In this document: one piece after another, positions 35,726-50,105 of the stretch
How the letters are laid out: the number at the start of each line of letters is the position of its first letter
Numbering within the stretch: the first letter of the stretch is position 1
NCBI GenBank assembly: GCA_951406725.2
Contig: OX597831.1
Location: forward strand, 16,802,001-16,866,000
Length of the DNA stretch: 64,000 bases
From: Octopus vulgaris
Lineage: Eukaryota
Direction: 5' to 3'
Notes under the pieces: model-generated
Seen by the model: the letters and a program-made list of their open reading frames with translations, nothing else
What the model was told of the DNA's origin: nothing
The model's database searches: none
Program-made: the position numbers and the translations under genes

Positions 35726-36029
35726 ATATAGGGAGAGTCTACGAAAAAAAAACAAAAGACGAAGTCAGGTGGTGTACAAAAAAAATCATATATATTAGTA
35801 TAATGCTCAGGATTAGAAAAAGTATTTAACGTTTCGAGCCTACGCTCTTCTACAGAAAGGGACACAGAGAAAACAAGGAGAGAAAATATTGTGTGTTGTG
35901 GCTAACAATCAATCATATATATTGTCGTCGACATGGTGAAGCATTATGAGCGTTGCCTTTCTACGATCTGCACCGTACTCTAGCAGAAACCGGCAATAAA
36001 TTCTATAACGCCTGCCAAAGTCGTTAAAA

Positions 36030-36560
36030 CATTTTATATAGAGAGGACATCAATTCATGTAAATATGCAACAGCTATTTATGGTGCGGTTGACGGAGAAG
36101 AAGCTCTTAGGAGATACCCTGAAGGAGGCTCTAATCTTCGAGAACTCACGAGCAGCATAGGCTAATTTGCTCCAGCAGATTCCAGGCATTTGTACGGTCG
36201 CGACATCATGCGAGTCGTTTGAAGCTAGTCGGGGATGGTTTTAGAATATTAAAAAGCCAACCGTCATTCACATCCTGGTCATGCATGGTGAGGTAGCGAG
36301 AGTGGATATGAAGGTAGCTGAGCGTTACCTGAATACGTCTGCCGGAATTAATGCAGCCGACTGATACATCCGCCAGCATGTCTTTAACTGTGACGAGACA
36401 TGACATTTTGTAAGAAGATACGCAGGAGGACTTGTTTAGGAGCAAAGGAGAGGAGGGTGCCAGTGCACAAACGCATGAGGCGAAAGCTAACCCATGCAGT
36501 ATGCACCAATACGGGCGGTGGTGACAAGATTAAACCACAGCTCGTTTATCGTAGAGAATA
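36030..36560 (-). mobile_element. Degraded CR1-like LINE 3' relic
   Basis: Minus-strand pieces GTLLS.LL, AFNILK and SFFSVNRTINS appear in LINE RT order. Confidence 0.35.
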
Positions 36561-38495
36561 AAACCAAAGCGCATTTAAATCCCATCAGATTCTGAGTCAT
36601 GTGAAGAGAAATCCCAAGGGGGGGGGAGTCATCAGGCTGTTCTTTGTGGAATGAGTGAATTTGGTTTTTCTTTATGTCTATCACTCTATACTCCTGTATA
36701 TTTTCTATTCTTCCACTTCATTCTTTGCTCTCATCTGTTTATTTTTCTCCAACACCCTTCTATATTTTGTTCATTCTCCCTTCTCTGCACATTTATTCTA
36801 TTTTCTTTGGGAAATTCTCCCGGATGTCACCCATTACAATTCTTCTTGGCCTAACGTCAGTTAATGATTGCATTCATAATTATTGATAATATGTGTGTTT
36901 AATACGCTATATTACCACGTAACGAAAGAAATATATACGTAACTAAAGTGACGAATGTGTAATGCTAGAAATAGGAATCAAAACAAGTAAATAGCTTCAG
37001 GGGCAGAATCTTATCAAACTGACACATGAGTGATGTTCTCGCCACCTTTGTCGTTATACCCAAAATATCGACAGTTTCCCATTTTTATTCTCAACGCAAA
37101 TTAACGCGAATCGGTGGCTCTTTTCGCACCAAAGTTTAAAACCATCTCAACTTGTTACTTCATAAGATTTTCGCTGAAACAATACGATGATCCCATACAC
37201 GGTAAATGTGAAAATTTTAAAGAACATTAGGGGCTAATGAATAATTTTGCAACATAATATATGAAATATATGCATGGTTTTAGTGAACGATGGGCATTTC
37301 CTGCACGTGTATCGTTATAAATATAGGTGATCTCTACTCAATAGTCGCTACAGCACAAACCTAATGCGTTGACAAATGATTCAATCTCCTCTCATGTCCG
37401 CAGGTATAGCCAGATTATCGATTGTTTCGCAATGTGATGCTTCAAGGACCTTAACGCTCCTCAGTGGTTCTCAGCGATACAAGGTTTAAAAGCATCCGTC
37501 TTGTGAGCTTACAAGCTTTCAGCTGAATTCATGCTCTGATTTCATAAACGTTGGAAGTTAGACGTATGAATATTATTTTAGGCAAATTCAGAAGTTTACT
37601 ACCTTTGCCCTGCAATATATGCGACACTAAACTGAACGAAGTGTACTTATGAGAACAAGCCTTGCTAGAAATAAGTGTCAAATTAAATGAATAGTCACAG
37701 AACCAGTTTCTTAATGGGATGACAAGGGAGACAAGATCCACCTTTAGTCGAAGATACAGATAATAGATAGTTTAGCATTGTGATGCTTAACACATCATAA
37801 AGTACATTGCTGGATCACAATACGCCTTGGTTTCAAACTATCTCGCCTTGTCAGCCGTTAAGTTTTCCACTGGCATCATTCACTTATTTTATAAATGGCA
37901 AATATGGAAATTATAAATAATTTGGGAGGCTACATCGCAATTAGCAGAAATGTATACGCTACTAATGAGAACAAAATGCAATAATCACCACCAGTATTGC
38001 TAGAAATGATAGTAAAAACAATTGAATAGCCACAGTGTCATAATCTTATTAAAGATCGCATATACGGCCAGAGATTCGACGATTTCGTATGTTGATGCTT
38101 GACGCAGCTTACCGCTCATCGGTGATTTTGTAACCAACTGGCCTTTTCATCTTAAAAGATTTAACTTGAAAATATACGTGAATTTTATATAGGATAAAAA
38201 TCAAAATTATAGATAAAATAGGTGGTTTCTTAGTTGTTTCCTAGGTGAAGAAAGAAATAAGTACGTATCCAAACATACCTTACGCTATCATATATACGTA
38301 GAGTCATCCGTGCATTTAAATATTTTCAAAAGTTGAACTTTATACGTCTTGTACTTGAACTAATTTTAATGGATACTTACTTTTAATATTTTTACTTTTG
38401 GAATTTAAAGTACGTTGCATATATTACAATATATTAAAAGTTATTTAGTATAGTTAGTGTACTAAACAATGTAAGTATACTATCCATATAGTATA

Positions 38496-38659
38496 GGCGC
38501 AGGAGTGGCAGTGTAGTAAGTAGCTTGCTTACCAACCACATGGTTGCGTTTCAATCCCACAGCTTGGAAACTTGGGCAAGTATCTTCTACTATAGCCTCG
38601 GGCCGACTAATGACTTGTGAGTGGATTTGGTAGACGGAAACTGAAAGAAGCTCGTCGTA

Positions 38660-38740
<81 letters not shown>

Positions 38741-38967
38741 CGTGTATGTTTGTGTGTCTCTGTTTGCCCCACTAGCATTGCTTGACAACCGATGCTGGTG
38801 TGTTTATGTCCCCGTTACTTAGCGGTTCGGCAAAATAAACCGATAGAATAAATACTGGGATTACACAAAATAAGTCCCGGGGTCGATTTGCTCGACTTAA
38901 GACGGTGCTCCAGCATGGCCACAGTCAACTAACTGAAACAAGTAAAAGAGTAAAAGAGAGAGAGAGA
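38496..38967 (+). mobile_element. Full-length tRNA-derived SINE with internal (TA)n(TG)n and a LINE-like tail
   Basis: A-box-like TGGCAGTGTAG (~38506) and B-box-like GTTTCAATCCC (~38548). The tail CCAGCATGGCCACAG...CTGAAAC is followed by (GTAAAAGA)2. Confidence 0.8.
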
Positions 38968-40900
38968 CATGAATTTTCCTGCCTAGTTATTCAGATTTCC
39001 TGATGGTTCTGGGAATTATTTTACTAATCCATTTCCAAAACTGTTCCACCCGATTGTTCTTAGTATTTATAAAGGTCTTTATGTAAGTAGCCCTTTCTAA
39101 TTAAGTGCAACTAAGAAACAATAATATCACGTATGGATAACCCTAAAAACGTTTAAAAGCTATGTTATACCTCTTCGTTTATAATTAATAAATAGTTATC
39201 ACGTCCCGTAAAATCAATAATCCTTTAGAGAATGTCATGTAAAAATCTTTAGACATTCTAACTTAGTAAATAAACCGTTTTATAGTTTAAATAATTGAAT
39301 TTTTATACATTTTATATAAATCTTCTCTTTTGATATTAAATAGGTATATATATATTTCATCATGACTTTTGTGATTAAGCTTTTTTATTTCTTTTCAATT
39401 GCGTTTTCTCTACCTGAACGTTTTATTATTTTATAAATACTACATTTTATGATATAAATCTAATATTTGTACACCTAGAAAATCTTACTTAGCCTACATA
39501 TAACAGTACTGGTATCTTCTCAGGTCATAATAAACTGCTTAGGTTATACTTTAATTAATATATAGTTAGCATGTTCTTTAGACTTAGTATACCTTTATTA
39601 AATACCAGTAATTGCCAATGTTCAATCTTCATAGATTCCATCTAATAAGTTAAGATTTAAGCATATAACATAAATAAATATTAAACTATTTCTACGTAAT
39701 TGTTTTCCTCATTCTATTGTGGTAAATTTTGGTACATACTAAAAGTTCTTCAAACATTTTATCCTTTTGGTTATAATATTCTTATTAATAATCTTGATAA
39801 CCCTCAATTTTAAATTTACACAATATAGCAATATAGTTTTAAGGTATTCAACTATATTTCCCCATGATAATATTTCCCTTGGTTTTACTAAAGTCTCGCT
39901 CATTTAATTGATAACGAAATATCTTCCTTTACCAAATCTCATTATGTTTCTTCAAAGTAATCTTGACAATTTTATGACTATACCCACTATGATTTCGGTC
40001 AACTCCCTCAGCCCTTTTCCTAACAGAAACTGCTCCGTTTTCCTTTGCTTTAGATTTCGATATACAAAGATTTGAATTACAAATCTATAAATTAAAACTG
40101 ACAACAAAAAACAGTGACAAGATAGATCTCTAACAAGAGTTTTTTTTCCTGATAACTTGCTAGCTTTTAAGCCGAAGTGAAGACAGAATGATCTTCGTCG
40201 TTCTCCTTTCCTTCTTGGAGGTTTTTGTTAAAATTATCCTAATGTGTCCATCTGTTTTAATTTAACTTAATTCTATGTATTTTTGCAGCTTAAGATTGCT
40301 CTGCATTTAAATGGATGTAATGGTTGAATTGTTCAATTAAATGGAGTGACTTCAATCGATTGTACTGCATTATCGCAGGATATCCTGTTGCTAAATTTTG
40401 ATTTCAATGACCTTATTTGGAAATGTATGGATAATACCGTACTAAACTGTAGAGATGCGACGCACGTTACACCCCAACACCCGAAACTCGGAGTTTTATC
40501 TTGGCTACCGAATAAGTGTCACATTTTACAAACACATATATATAGTGTGTGTATTGGTATATGTGTGCCGCGAAAGAAAGGCGTTTCAGGTAGATTGTAA
40601 TAGATGTATGAAGAGCATTCGATGTTATCCACTTCCAAAAAGTTTCAACGCCAGGGAATACGAAGGCAAAACTAGAATATGTGGATATTTCTATTCAAAT
40701 ATAATGCGCAAAAATTTCACTTACTAATATTTAATTACAAATTATTTAAATAATTCTTTCTTTGCCGATAACATATTAGAAAAATGGTTGCCTTTAATAA
40801 ACGAGGGAAACATGACACATCAGGTGAGGTTGTATGTATCTAAAGTGCTTTAAAATTAAAATCTTAACAGTTGCCATTGTGTTTGACACGAATAACAACA

Positions 40901-40943
40901 ATGAAATATGTTCTACTACTTCTCCTTTTAATTCTCCTGCAAG
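40901..40943 (+). CDS. Candidate first coding exon: signal peptide MKYVLLLLLLILLQ(G)
   Basis: Acceptor cttaacag at 40863-40870, ATG in AACAATGA context, non-repetitive Leu codons, and a consensus phase-1 donor AAG|gtaagt at 40944. Confidence 0.6.
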
Positions 40944-41067
40944 GTAAGTAAAATCCATATCATTTCACTTCATCTCGCAACGAGTGAGGTATCCATTATC
41001 TCTTAATACGTATATATGTATACCCGTCTCTCTACATCCCTCCCCACCTCTCTCCCTCTCTCTATCT

Positions 41068-41119
<52 letters not shown>

Positions 41120-41123
<4 letters not shown>

Positions 41124-41315
41124 CACCGTGATCGTCGTGACTGACCAGGATATCGGATGCTTCTATACATCGCTTATCACCATGTGCTTGGCATTGTTTT
41201 GGCTTTCAATGACGCTATCCCGCTGGATAAGAGAGCAGGCCAACAGAAAAAAGAGCGAGAGAACGTCGTGGCGAAATAGTACAGGAGGGATATCCACACC
41301 ATCCTACCGTAGCTG
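41120..41315 (-). mobile_element. Short LINE-tail or SINE-like relic between microsatellites
   Basis: Its left end resembles the RTE 3' end at 34745-34810 (TGATC...GACCAG...CGCT..TC). Confidence 0.3.
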
Positions 41316-41539
41316 TCTCCGCACGCATAAGCATACACATACAAACGCATACACACACATGCATACACACACACACACACGCATACACACACACACTCAC
41401 ACACACACACACACACTTACACACACATATATATAGATAAATTGATTTAACAAATATATATATATTTGTGTCTATGAATATATATGCATGTATGTATGTA
41501 TATATATATATATTTTGGCGGGGGGGGGGGGCACGCACC

Positions 41540-44500
41540 ACCTTCCCAAAAACGGAGGTACCCAGATATAATGCGTGCTACAAAACACCAGCATATTATT
41601 GAAAGGGCAGCTGCTGAACAAGAATCTTTCTTGCGCATGGCATAAAAGATTGTACAGCAGCTAACCTGGCTCCATCAAACTCAAACACGCAGATGGGACT
41701 ATCCACAATTCACAAGACCGCCACAGCAAATAGACCCAAGTTGGACACCACCGGCAACAGCACATACATCACCTCGATGCTCCTACTGAACATCAGATGA
41801 CTGCTAACACTCAGTAACAGGACAAAAATCCCGTTCTTGAGTGACTTTGTTGCATGCAATCAAGCCTTATGCATAGCACTTACGGAAACTCACCTGAAAC
41901 CGGACATAGCCTATGCAGAAATACACATACCACGGTATGTTGTACTACGGACATACAGAAAAGAAAGGAGTCATGGAGGAGTTGCTATGTACATCCGCGA
42001 GGACCTCACACCTCAGGTCCTTTTGTCATACTCAAATTCGGTGTATGACACACTAATTGTACATATAAGGCAAATAGGTGTAATTATATATGCTACATGT
42101 TGCCCCCTAGATGCCCAAAGCCATGTAGGCAAGTTTGAAGTCTGCCTTACAAAAATAGAAGAAGTAAGAAGTTCTAGTCACATTAGAACAACACATAAGT
42201 TTACTTCTTATGGGAGACCTCAATCTGCCCAATGTCAGATGGCCCGAGAGTCTTTCTCTCACACGATGTGTATGAGGACAGGCGAGGTCCCTCCTGCACC
42301 TCATCAACACTTTCTACAAGGAGCAAGTAATACTCCAACCAACCAGGGCAGGTAACATACTGGATCTCTGCTTCACATATAATATGGATCTCATCCATAA
42401 TGTGAAAATGACACCGACACTACTCTCGGATCACAGAATGGTAGAGCTGACCATGTACGGGCCAAAGGAAAGCATGGACATGCAGCCTACAAGAAACTCT
42501 CAGAATCTTTCCAGCTTGAACTTTCATAAGGCAAACTGGAAACAAATTGAGAAAGAGATCCTCATAAAAAACTGGTCTGAATGTCTATCCTTGCTGGACA
42601 TCGACGTGATGTGTGTAATGCAAGCCATATGCTACAAATTTGTCCCAGGGAGAAAGGCCACTGTACACAAGAGAAAAATCCCCAGAGAAAGGAAAATTCT
42701 AATGAGACGGCGTACAAAATTTCAAATCGCCTAAACAAACAAATTGAAAGCAGTGAAAAGTCCCACCTGAATATAAAACTGTTGGAAACTGAAAAATGTC
42801 TGCAACTCTCCCATGCAAAAGAAAGAGCAGACAAAGAAACCTGGGCTTTAGGCATCATAAAATCTAACCTCAGAGCTTTCTACAGGTATGCCAAAGAAAC
42901 AGCTACGGTGCCGTGAAGTATAGGGCCACTCCTTGAAAATGATGGCACGCTCACAGGAAACCCAATGAGGATAAGTGAAATATTAAATGAGCAATTCACG
43001 AGTATTATCACTCCAGCCCTAGGGCATATTCATGTCAGCAATCCAACTGACTTCTTTACCACTGCAAATATAAAACCATGGGCTGCGATGATTGATTGCA
43101 TCAATATAAATGAAGACGATGTAATAAAGGCTATAGATTAATTGAAAACTAACTCAACTACTGGCCCCGATGGATTCCCAGCAATCCTTCTAAAAGTATG
43201 TAAGAGAGTCCTAGCAAGACCACTGCAGTTCCTCTTTCAGAGCTTCCTTGCAACTGGCAAACTTCCAAGAAAATTGAAGGTAAACTTTGCCCTATTCATA
43301 AAGGAGTTAGCTGAGCGGAGGCCAAGAACTACAGCCCTGTCTCTCTGACATCACACATCAGCAAGATCATGGAACGAATAGTCAGAAGAAAACTATTCAC
43401 ATTCCTTAAAGAAAATGACTAGCTTCCTGACACCCAACATTGTTTCCGACCAGGAAGAAGCTGCCTAACTCAGTTCCTACAACACTATGACTGGGTGCTG
43501 AAACGACTGCTCAACAACTTAAATGTGGAAGTGATATATCCCGACTTTGCAAAGGTCTTTTATAAAGTCGATCGTGGAATGATATGTCACAAACTGCGTG
43601 ATCTTGGCATCGTAGGAAAATTGGGAGAATGCCTTCGTGACTTTCTGAAGGATAGAATCCAGGATATAGTAGCCAATGGGGTCACTTCCATTTACACGCA
43701 AATAATGAGCGGTGGTCCGCAAGGCACTGTTTTCGGACCACTGCTTTTCATAATGGCCCTCTCTAACATGCACTCAGCCACGCAGAATGCCACGATCACA
43801 ATTTATGCAGATGATACAAAAGTTTGAAAGGCAATACTGAACCCCGAAGACACTAAGCACCAGCAATGATACCTGGACAAAATATACAAAGTGGCTGAAA
43901 CGAATAGCATGCAGTTCAATGTGAAAAGTTTCAAGCTTTATACTATCAGTATGCAAAACTAAATGCAATACCCAATAAATTCACTGGATCTGGTGGGATT
44001 ACAATCCCAGAGGCACAATCAGTGCGAGACCTTGGTAATTACGTGAGCAACCTTTCATGTGCATGTTGCTAATTTGCCAATGAAATGTAGGCGGCTGACC
44101 GGATGGATTCTTAGAATCTTTAGAACAAGAGTCTAGGAAACCATGATGGTCCTGGGGAGGACACTTGTCCTAAGCCACTTTGACTATTGCTCTCAGCTAT
44201 GGTCACCATCCAGTGTCAAGTAATTCACAGAACTTGAGGCGATCCAATGAAGCTACACGAAGAAGATAGCCCCTGTGCAGCATATAAGCTACTTGGAAAA
44301 ACTCAAGAGATTAAGACTCTATTCCTAAAAGCGTAAGCGAGAAAGATATGCCATAATATACATCTGGAAGATCCTAGAAGGACTTGTCCCAAACATTGGC
44401 GTCGAGAGTTACACAAATGCTAGAAATGGGTGCCACTGCATAGTGCCAAGGACTCCAAATTTGCTATCAAGATGTAGGACAAGATACTGTGATAGCCTGG

Positions 44501-44795
44501 GCTTCAAAGGCCCACAGCTTTTCAATATCCTCCCGAAAAACCTGAGAGAACTGCATGGGGTGGATGCAGATGTCTTTAAAATGAAAGTGGATCTCATCCT
44601 GACAGGTGTCCTAGATGAACCAACTTCACGACAGGAGGTGCTGATGAGGGCAGCTGCATTGAACTTTCGCATGCACCAAATGGCAATTGATAAAAAGCAT
44701 TCGTGAAGTAAAATCATGTAGCAACACCAAATGGCGTTGCACCAGCATGGCCACAGCTCCTGAGCTGAAACTAGATGAAGTAATAAATAAAAAGT
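41540..44795 (+). mobile_element. Near-complete degenerate CR1/L2-group LINE ORF2 (APE plus RT)
   Basis: APE motifs IALTETHL, GGVAMYI, GDLNLP, NILDLCF, SDH. RT motifs GPDGFP, FRPGRSC, DFAKVF.KVD, PQGTVFGPLLF, IYADDTK. Many stops and frameshifts. Confidence 0.9.
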
Positions 44796-44808
44796 CAGTA
44801 TATATGTA

Positions 44809-44867
<59 letters not shown>

Positions 44868-44913
44868 GTACATATATATGTATATATATATATATGTGTG
44901 TGTATGTGTATAA

Positions 44914-45037
<124 letters not shown>

Positions 45038-45067
45038 TAAATTAAAACAGATTAGGAGATCGAAAGT

Positions 45068-45113
45068 CCACCTGACGAATGTCATTGAAGACATGAAACG
45101 ATTGTAGAGGCGG
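45068..45113 (+). ncRNA. Type I hammerhead ribozyme motif
   Basis: ccac-CTGACGA-[atgtc attgaa gacat]-GAAAC-gatt-GTA-gagg. Core intact, perfect 5-bp stem II, stem I with one mismatch. Confidence 0.7.
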
Positions 45114-45197
45114 TTTATTTCTTTATATTAAAAAATTTTATGTATTGATTAAGTCTTTCTTTGTTTGTTTTGCAAAATAGTGGTTTTGTCTCTAATA

Positions 45198-45245
<48 letters not shown>

Positions 45246-45539
45246 CATATACATAGTAACAAGGATGATATTTAAACGTCATTAATGTATTAATACAAGT
45301 TTCAGTGGTTCAATATATCATATATTCTAGAGTTAAATCTTAAATGAATATAAGACAAGAAATATCGAAAACAGTTAAGCAGTATTATCTACTCAAACAA
45401 AATATTCTAATTTATAATAATCGATATCTAATTAATGAACATGCTGATTAATTGATAATTTAATTCCTTACAATTGGATATCACTGTTTTGTATCTCGGT
45501 CATATTACTGATTATAATAATAATAATAATATTATTATT

Positions 45540-45637
<98 letters not shown>

Positions 45638-45669
45638 TACTAATAATAATCAAAATAATAATAATAATA

Positions 45670-48053
45670 TAACTCCAAACAGAACTTTACAATGATGTTT
45701 TGCAACACCCTAGTAGGATGCCCCCTTGGCTAGTTAATGGGTTAACATTCCTGCTTCCAAAAAGTGAAGAAACAAATGAACCAAAAAACTATAGACCCAT
45801 AACCTGCTTAACAACTATGTACAAAACACTAACATCTGTCCTGACGGAATATACCTATATTTTTTTAATAGACAACAGCATATTCCCTAATGAACAGAAC
45901 GGAAGCAAACGTGGATCCTATGGTTGTAAAAATCAACTACTCATCAATAATATTAACTTAGAAGATTGTCACAAACGACATAAAAACTTATCAATAGCCT
46001 GGATAGACTATGAAAAGGCTTTTGATAGCCTACCACATAGCTGGATAAAGAAAAGCCTGGAAATGTTTAAAATAGCGCCCACGCTGCGAAACTTCTTGTC
46101 TGTAAGTATGAGATCATGGAGAACCACATTAAGTTTGAACAGTGGCAAAGAATTTCTAAATGCTGGTGATGTAAAAATATCATGTGGCATTTTCCAGGGT
46201 GACTCACTGTCACCACTCCTCTTTTGTTTAGCATTAATAAATCTCTCAAAATTGCTCAATGACGCGCGGTACGGATATAAAATGTTTGATAAAAATATAA
46301 ATCATTTCATTCACTTGGTTGATTTAAATCTCTTTGCAAAAATTGACCAACAACTGAAGGGCTTACTAACGATTGTTAACCAATTCAGCGATGACATCGG
46401 AATGCAATTTGGCCTCCATTATTGTTCAAAAGCTACTTTTATCACAGGAAAAATGACAGAGAACTCGAACGTAAAACTTGACCAGCAGAATGTCATACAA
46501 GAATTAGACCCAGCGGAGAGCTACAAGTACCTGGGGGTAATTGAAGTTGACGGGTTAAGGCTTATAGTGATGAAGGAATGGATCAGTAGAGAATGTTATT
46601 ACAGCGTTAGAGCAATACTCAAGACAGAGCTGAATGCGAGAAACAGGATCGAAGCGGTCAATGCATTAGCCATACCAGTCTTGTCTTACAGTTTCAGTAT
46701 CGTTAACTGGTCAATTACAGAAATATGTCAACTCGACAGAAAAATACGAAGACTATTGACAATGCATAGAATGTACCATCCTAAGGCAGATGCAGAACGA
46801 CTTTATCTGCCAAGAAAAGAGGGAGGCCGTGGACTTTTACAACTGGATATAACAATGAAGATTGCTTTAATTGGCCGAGACACCTACCTGAAAAACTGTG
46901 AGGACAGGATTTTAAAACTTGTTTCAAAACATGAAATCAAGAACGCATCACACACTGTTACAAAAGAGGCAGGGGTATATCTAAGTGTATTCCGAATACG
47001 ACAAACTTCAGAATTAGACATACAAGAAACAAGCACAGAAAAAGCAAAGCGGATGAAAACCCGTGCTAAAACTGCGGCCTTAGATATTCTGAATGATATA
47101 TGGCAAGAAAACCCTCTCTATGGCAAATACTCAAAGAGAGCCTATATGCAGATATTGAAAAATCCCTGACCCACCAATGACTAATGGCCTCTAACTTAAA
47201 ATCTGAAACATAAGGGTTATTATAGCAGCTAAAGATCAATGTCTACCAACAAGAAACTACCAGGCCAACATATTAAAGAACGGTAGTAGCGCAACATGTC
47301 GTATGTGTCAACAACGAAATGAAACCATTGATCATGTTGCATCCAAATCCAGTCTTCTAGCGCCTACAGAGTACCTCAATAGCCATGATAGTGCTGCACA
47401 ATATAGTCACTGGTTAATTTGCAAGAAACTGGATTTGCCCCATGAAAAGAACTGGTAGGAACACAAACCATCCCAGCGCTTGCAAATGACCACATCTCAT
47501 TCTTCTGAATCTTCAACATTCAAACTGACAGAAAGATAGATTCAAATAGGCCAGACATCATATTGAAAAATGTCAGACAAAGTACAAGCCTCCTCATTGA
47601 TATTACTGTCCCAATCGATATAACCGTATTTGTCAAGACCTACCAAAAACTGAGCAAATATAAAAAACTTGAAATAGAAATCAGCAATATGTGGTACCTG
47701 AAGACGAGAACAACACTTGTTGTCATAGGTGCCCTGAGAATGATAGCAAAAGGGGCTGATAGCTACCTAACTCAGATACCAGGAAACCCACAAATGGCAG
47801 TAATTCAAAAGATAGTGCTCATGGGAACTGCTCATATCCTACGCAAAATACTTTCTATGTAATCTCAATGTTTAAAACAAACATAATTCTCGTTTTTTTT
47901 GACATTCTCTAGCAAAACACCAAAAAAAAAAAACCGAATATATGCCACACTAGGCATAACAACAATATGAACTTCCAACCTGTTGTGTCTTGAGTTCTCT
48001 GGGTGAGACTTGGAGCCAACTTGTACAAATATAAAGCAAAAGTCAAACGTAGA
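45670..48053 (+). mobile_element. 5'-truncated Dong-type element, family B, with a 489-codon RT ORF (45700-47169)
   Basis: PKNYRPITCL, IAWIDYEKAFDSLPH, GIFQGDSLSPLLF; the catalytic motif has decayed to HLVDL. RLE fragments follow. AAT tracts flank both sides. Confidence 0.92.
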
Positions 48054-48249
48054 ATGATAAAAAATAATAATAATAATAATAATAATAATAACGATAATAT
48101 TAATAAAATAATAATAATAATAATATTAATAAAAAATAATTATAATAATAATATAAATGATAATAATAATATAAATGATAATAATAATGATAATAATAAT
48201 AATAATGATAATAATAATGATGATAATCATAAGGATAATATAGTAATAA

Positions 48250-48304
<55 letters not shown>

Positions 48305-48387
48305 ATTCGAGACAAAACCACTATTTTAAAACCAAACAAGGAAAGACTTAATCAATACATAAAATTTTAATATAATTTATAAAAAAA

Positions 48388-48433
48388 CCGCCACTAGAAA
48401 TGTTTCATGTCTGCTCCGACAATCTTCAGGTGG
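48388..48433 (-). ncRNA. Hammerhead ribozyme motif, homolog of 45068-45113
   Basis: Minus strand ccac-CTGAAGA-[ttgtc ggagca gacat]-GAAAC-attt-CTA-gtgg. Stem I is perfect; stem III is mismatched. Confidence 0.6.
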
Positions 48434-48688
48434 ATTTTCGATCTAAGAATAGCAATATTTTAAAGTATAATTTAAAATAATTTAAAATAATAAAACAATA
48501 AAATTATCAATGAAATAATGTAAAAAAATATAAATATAATCTATATATAATCTATATATAATCTATATATAATCAATATATAATCTAAAATAATCTAAAA
48601 TAAACCCTATAAACAATTGAATATAAAAACCTATTATAAAATTTCTCATATTAAAAATGTACAAAAACCAAAAAACAAATATATATAC

Positions 48689-49472
48689 AAATATAAGAGA
48701 GTGTCTACTATGTTTTCACTCTTGCGATAAAAATAGGTCTCAATCACCAAGAATTGTACCCATTGAGATTTAGCACAACTATGAACGTTAACGAGCAGGA
48801 CAAAATGAAAAAAACGAAAATGTAGATTCATTCTAGACATTTCTCTTGCTGTTAATGGATTATGCAATGTTATTACATAATAGTACTGCAGCTCTTCAGT
48901 AGAATTTGTCGTGAATACAATTTACTGAACTGTACACCAGATTTTGACATAAAGCCAAACACTCACGTGTTTCAGTCTTTTATATTCGCAGTTATGATTC
49001 GAATGCCCTCGTTATAGAGCGCAAAAATTCCCGGAAACAAATACTGCATAAATAATTTACTTCAGTGTAATTAAAATGAAAAATAAGAGTTAAAAAATTG
49101 TATATTAATTTAATAATAACATCAATTTAACACCAAGTGGTTTAGCGCATAAAAACCGGGGATAATTAAAAATTAATAGACAAATATAAGAGAGTGTCCA
49201 CCATGTGGTCGCTTCTGCGCTAAAAATAGATCCACAATAGTCTCAACCATCAAGAATTGTTCCCAAGGAGAATTTGAAAAACTATAATCGTAAACGATCA
49301 GGACCAATGAAAAATATCAAAAATGTAGATTCATTCTAGACATTTGTTTCGATGTTAATGGATTATGCAATTTTACTTATATAATAAAACTGCAGGTCTT
49401 CAGTAGAATTTGCCGAAGTGGCTTAGCGAATAAAATCCTGGGATACAGTAAAAATTAATACACAAATATAAG
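48689..49472 (+). repeat. Diverged local direct repeat (~220 bp at 48689-48908 and 49181-49412)
   Basis: Both copies share CAAATATAAGAGAGTGTC...AATGTAGATTCATTCTAGACATTT...CTTCAGTAGAATTTG. Confidence 0.8.
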
Positions 49473-49579
49473 AATATATTTCTTTACTTTCCTAAAGGTG
49501 TACCACTTACTAGCGTTTTTGTATTTTGATTTTTGTTCTTTTTTAGTGATTTATATATATATATATATATATATGAATT

Positions 49580-49833
49580 ATAACCATTATTTACATCATT
49601 TATATTTGACGGATATTTGTCCTCATCTTCTTTGTTGTTGACACAACCAGGTATCTCGACAAAATGTCGAATGTTGTTTCTCGTTCCTAAGATATTTTAC
49701 GATAATATTATTGTTACTATTTATGTCAGTGCTTGGAATCGAACCGAACTCGGAATATTGCGGTTAAGAGCGCGGACAACTAAACCCAAGTTTCTAAGGT
49801 TGATTCCAGAGAGTGAGCATAATAATGAAGATG

Positions 49834-49886
<53 letters not shown>

Positions 49887-49902
49887 TATTATTATAATAT
49901 TG

Positions 49903-49950
<48 letters not shown>

Positions 49951-49988
49951 TTAATTATTATTATTATTATTATAATATTAATAATAAT

Positions 49989-50040
<52 letters not shown>

Positions 50041-50044
50041 TAGT

Positions 50045-50105
<61 letters not shown>

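Noticed and set aside
38496-38570. tRNA gene
   Set aside because: No cloverleaf; it is a SINE head.
39000-40335. Possible degraded minus-strand LINE endonuclease/RT
   Set aside because: Only faint motif traces (SETLVKP), too decayed to support a call.
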